The translations under genes were made by a program, and so were the position numbers. Shown in pieces: positions 63,232 to 64,000 of a stretch of 64,000 bases of DNA. Position 1 is the first letter of the stretch, and each line of letters starts with the position of its first letter. The DNA is taken from assembly GCF_006345805.1 (NCBI RefSeq), contig NC_042997.1:164238001-164302000 (forward strand). The letters are read 5' to 3'. The notes under the pieces were generated by a model. It was given only the letters and a program-made list of their open reading frames with translations. It did no database searches and was not told where the DNA came from. Source of the stretch: Octopus sinensis. Lineage: Eukaryota.

Positions 63232-63400
63232 TCATCATCATCATCATCATTTAATATCAAGCTTCCATGCTGGTGTGGGATGGACAATTTGACAGGAGCT
63301 GGTAAGCCAAAGGACCAGGCTCTGTCTGTTTTAAGCATGGTTTTACAAGTAGATGCCCTTCCTAATACCAATCACTATATAGAATGGACTGGTTGCTTTT
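63232..63400 (-). mobile_element. RTE-tail-related repeat
   Basis: (CAT)n-TTAATATCAAGCTTCCATGCTGG...GATGCCCTTCCTAATACCAATCAC. Confidence 0.7.
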
Positions 63401-64000
63401 AGATAATGAATTGCTTTATGACACTGCAGGAACCTAGAGTCCAATCCTTTTACTTAGATGTAAAAATTCATCTGAGTAATGTCACAGTCATTCTAGATTC
63501 AAAAGTCTAGTTCTCTCATAAGTCCAACTCTAAGCATTGCTGAATAGTACTGCTTATATAGTCTTGCTAAATGGCCTTGCTAAATGGCTTGCACTAGCAC
63601 ATGGATCACATGACTGCCCATGTATGTCAAACTTTCCACAATAGGAATGTTACATCTCTCCTTTCTTTCTTTCATAACAGATAAGAGAAAATTCATAATG
63701 TTTGGGCATGGATTAGTTTTCAAACTCATCTGTTGCTGAAGATACCAGCTGCACACATTAAGGCCAGTTACACTTGTTGTATAACTCAAATGGATCCACA
63801 CATATCAAATATAAACACAAACTCAATGTAAACACAACCAAATTTGTGTTATGCAATCCAACAGTAGACATACAAAAGAAGTAGATGCATCCCAAACAGA
63901 GTCTCACAGACCAAATGTAGTCACAAAGTATGAAACAACCTAAATGGAGTTACATCCACCAATCCCCCATCTCCTCCTCAATGTTGTTGCTGCTGTGGCT

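Overview
This is AT-rich eukaryotic DNA, dense in repeats and nearly free of genes. The mix of (TA)n/(CA)n/(CAT)n/(TATG)n microsatellites, tRNA-derived SINEs, RTE LINEs and decayed mariners fits an intronic or intergenic stretch of a coleoid cephalopod (octopus-like) genome; the taxon is inferred. No intact long protein-coding gene is visible, only isolated minus-strand exon candidates (best at 16189-16398). Most of the window is TE debris: RTE LINE fragments (largest 10231-12674), five mariner relics plus a mariner MITE, TTAA-flanked MITEs, Helitron-like elements, a Penelope-like GIY-YIG remnant, an R4/Dong-type endonuclease fragment and two SINE families. The main finding is two type I hammerhead ribozyme candidates found by eye. 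One has a compensatory U3-A8 core and overlaps one arm of a young, GC-rich, near-perfect 209-bp inverted repeat (47875-48405). The other has a canonical core and lies upstream of the Penelope remnant (530-579). SINEs also appear to re-use the same target site serially (22.1-22.8 kb and 49.1-49.6 kb).
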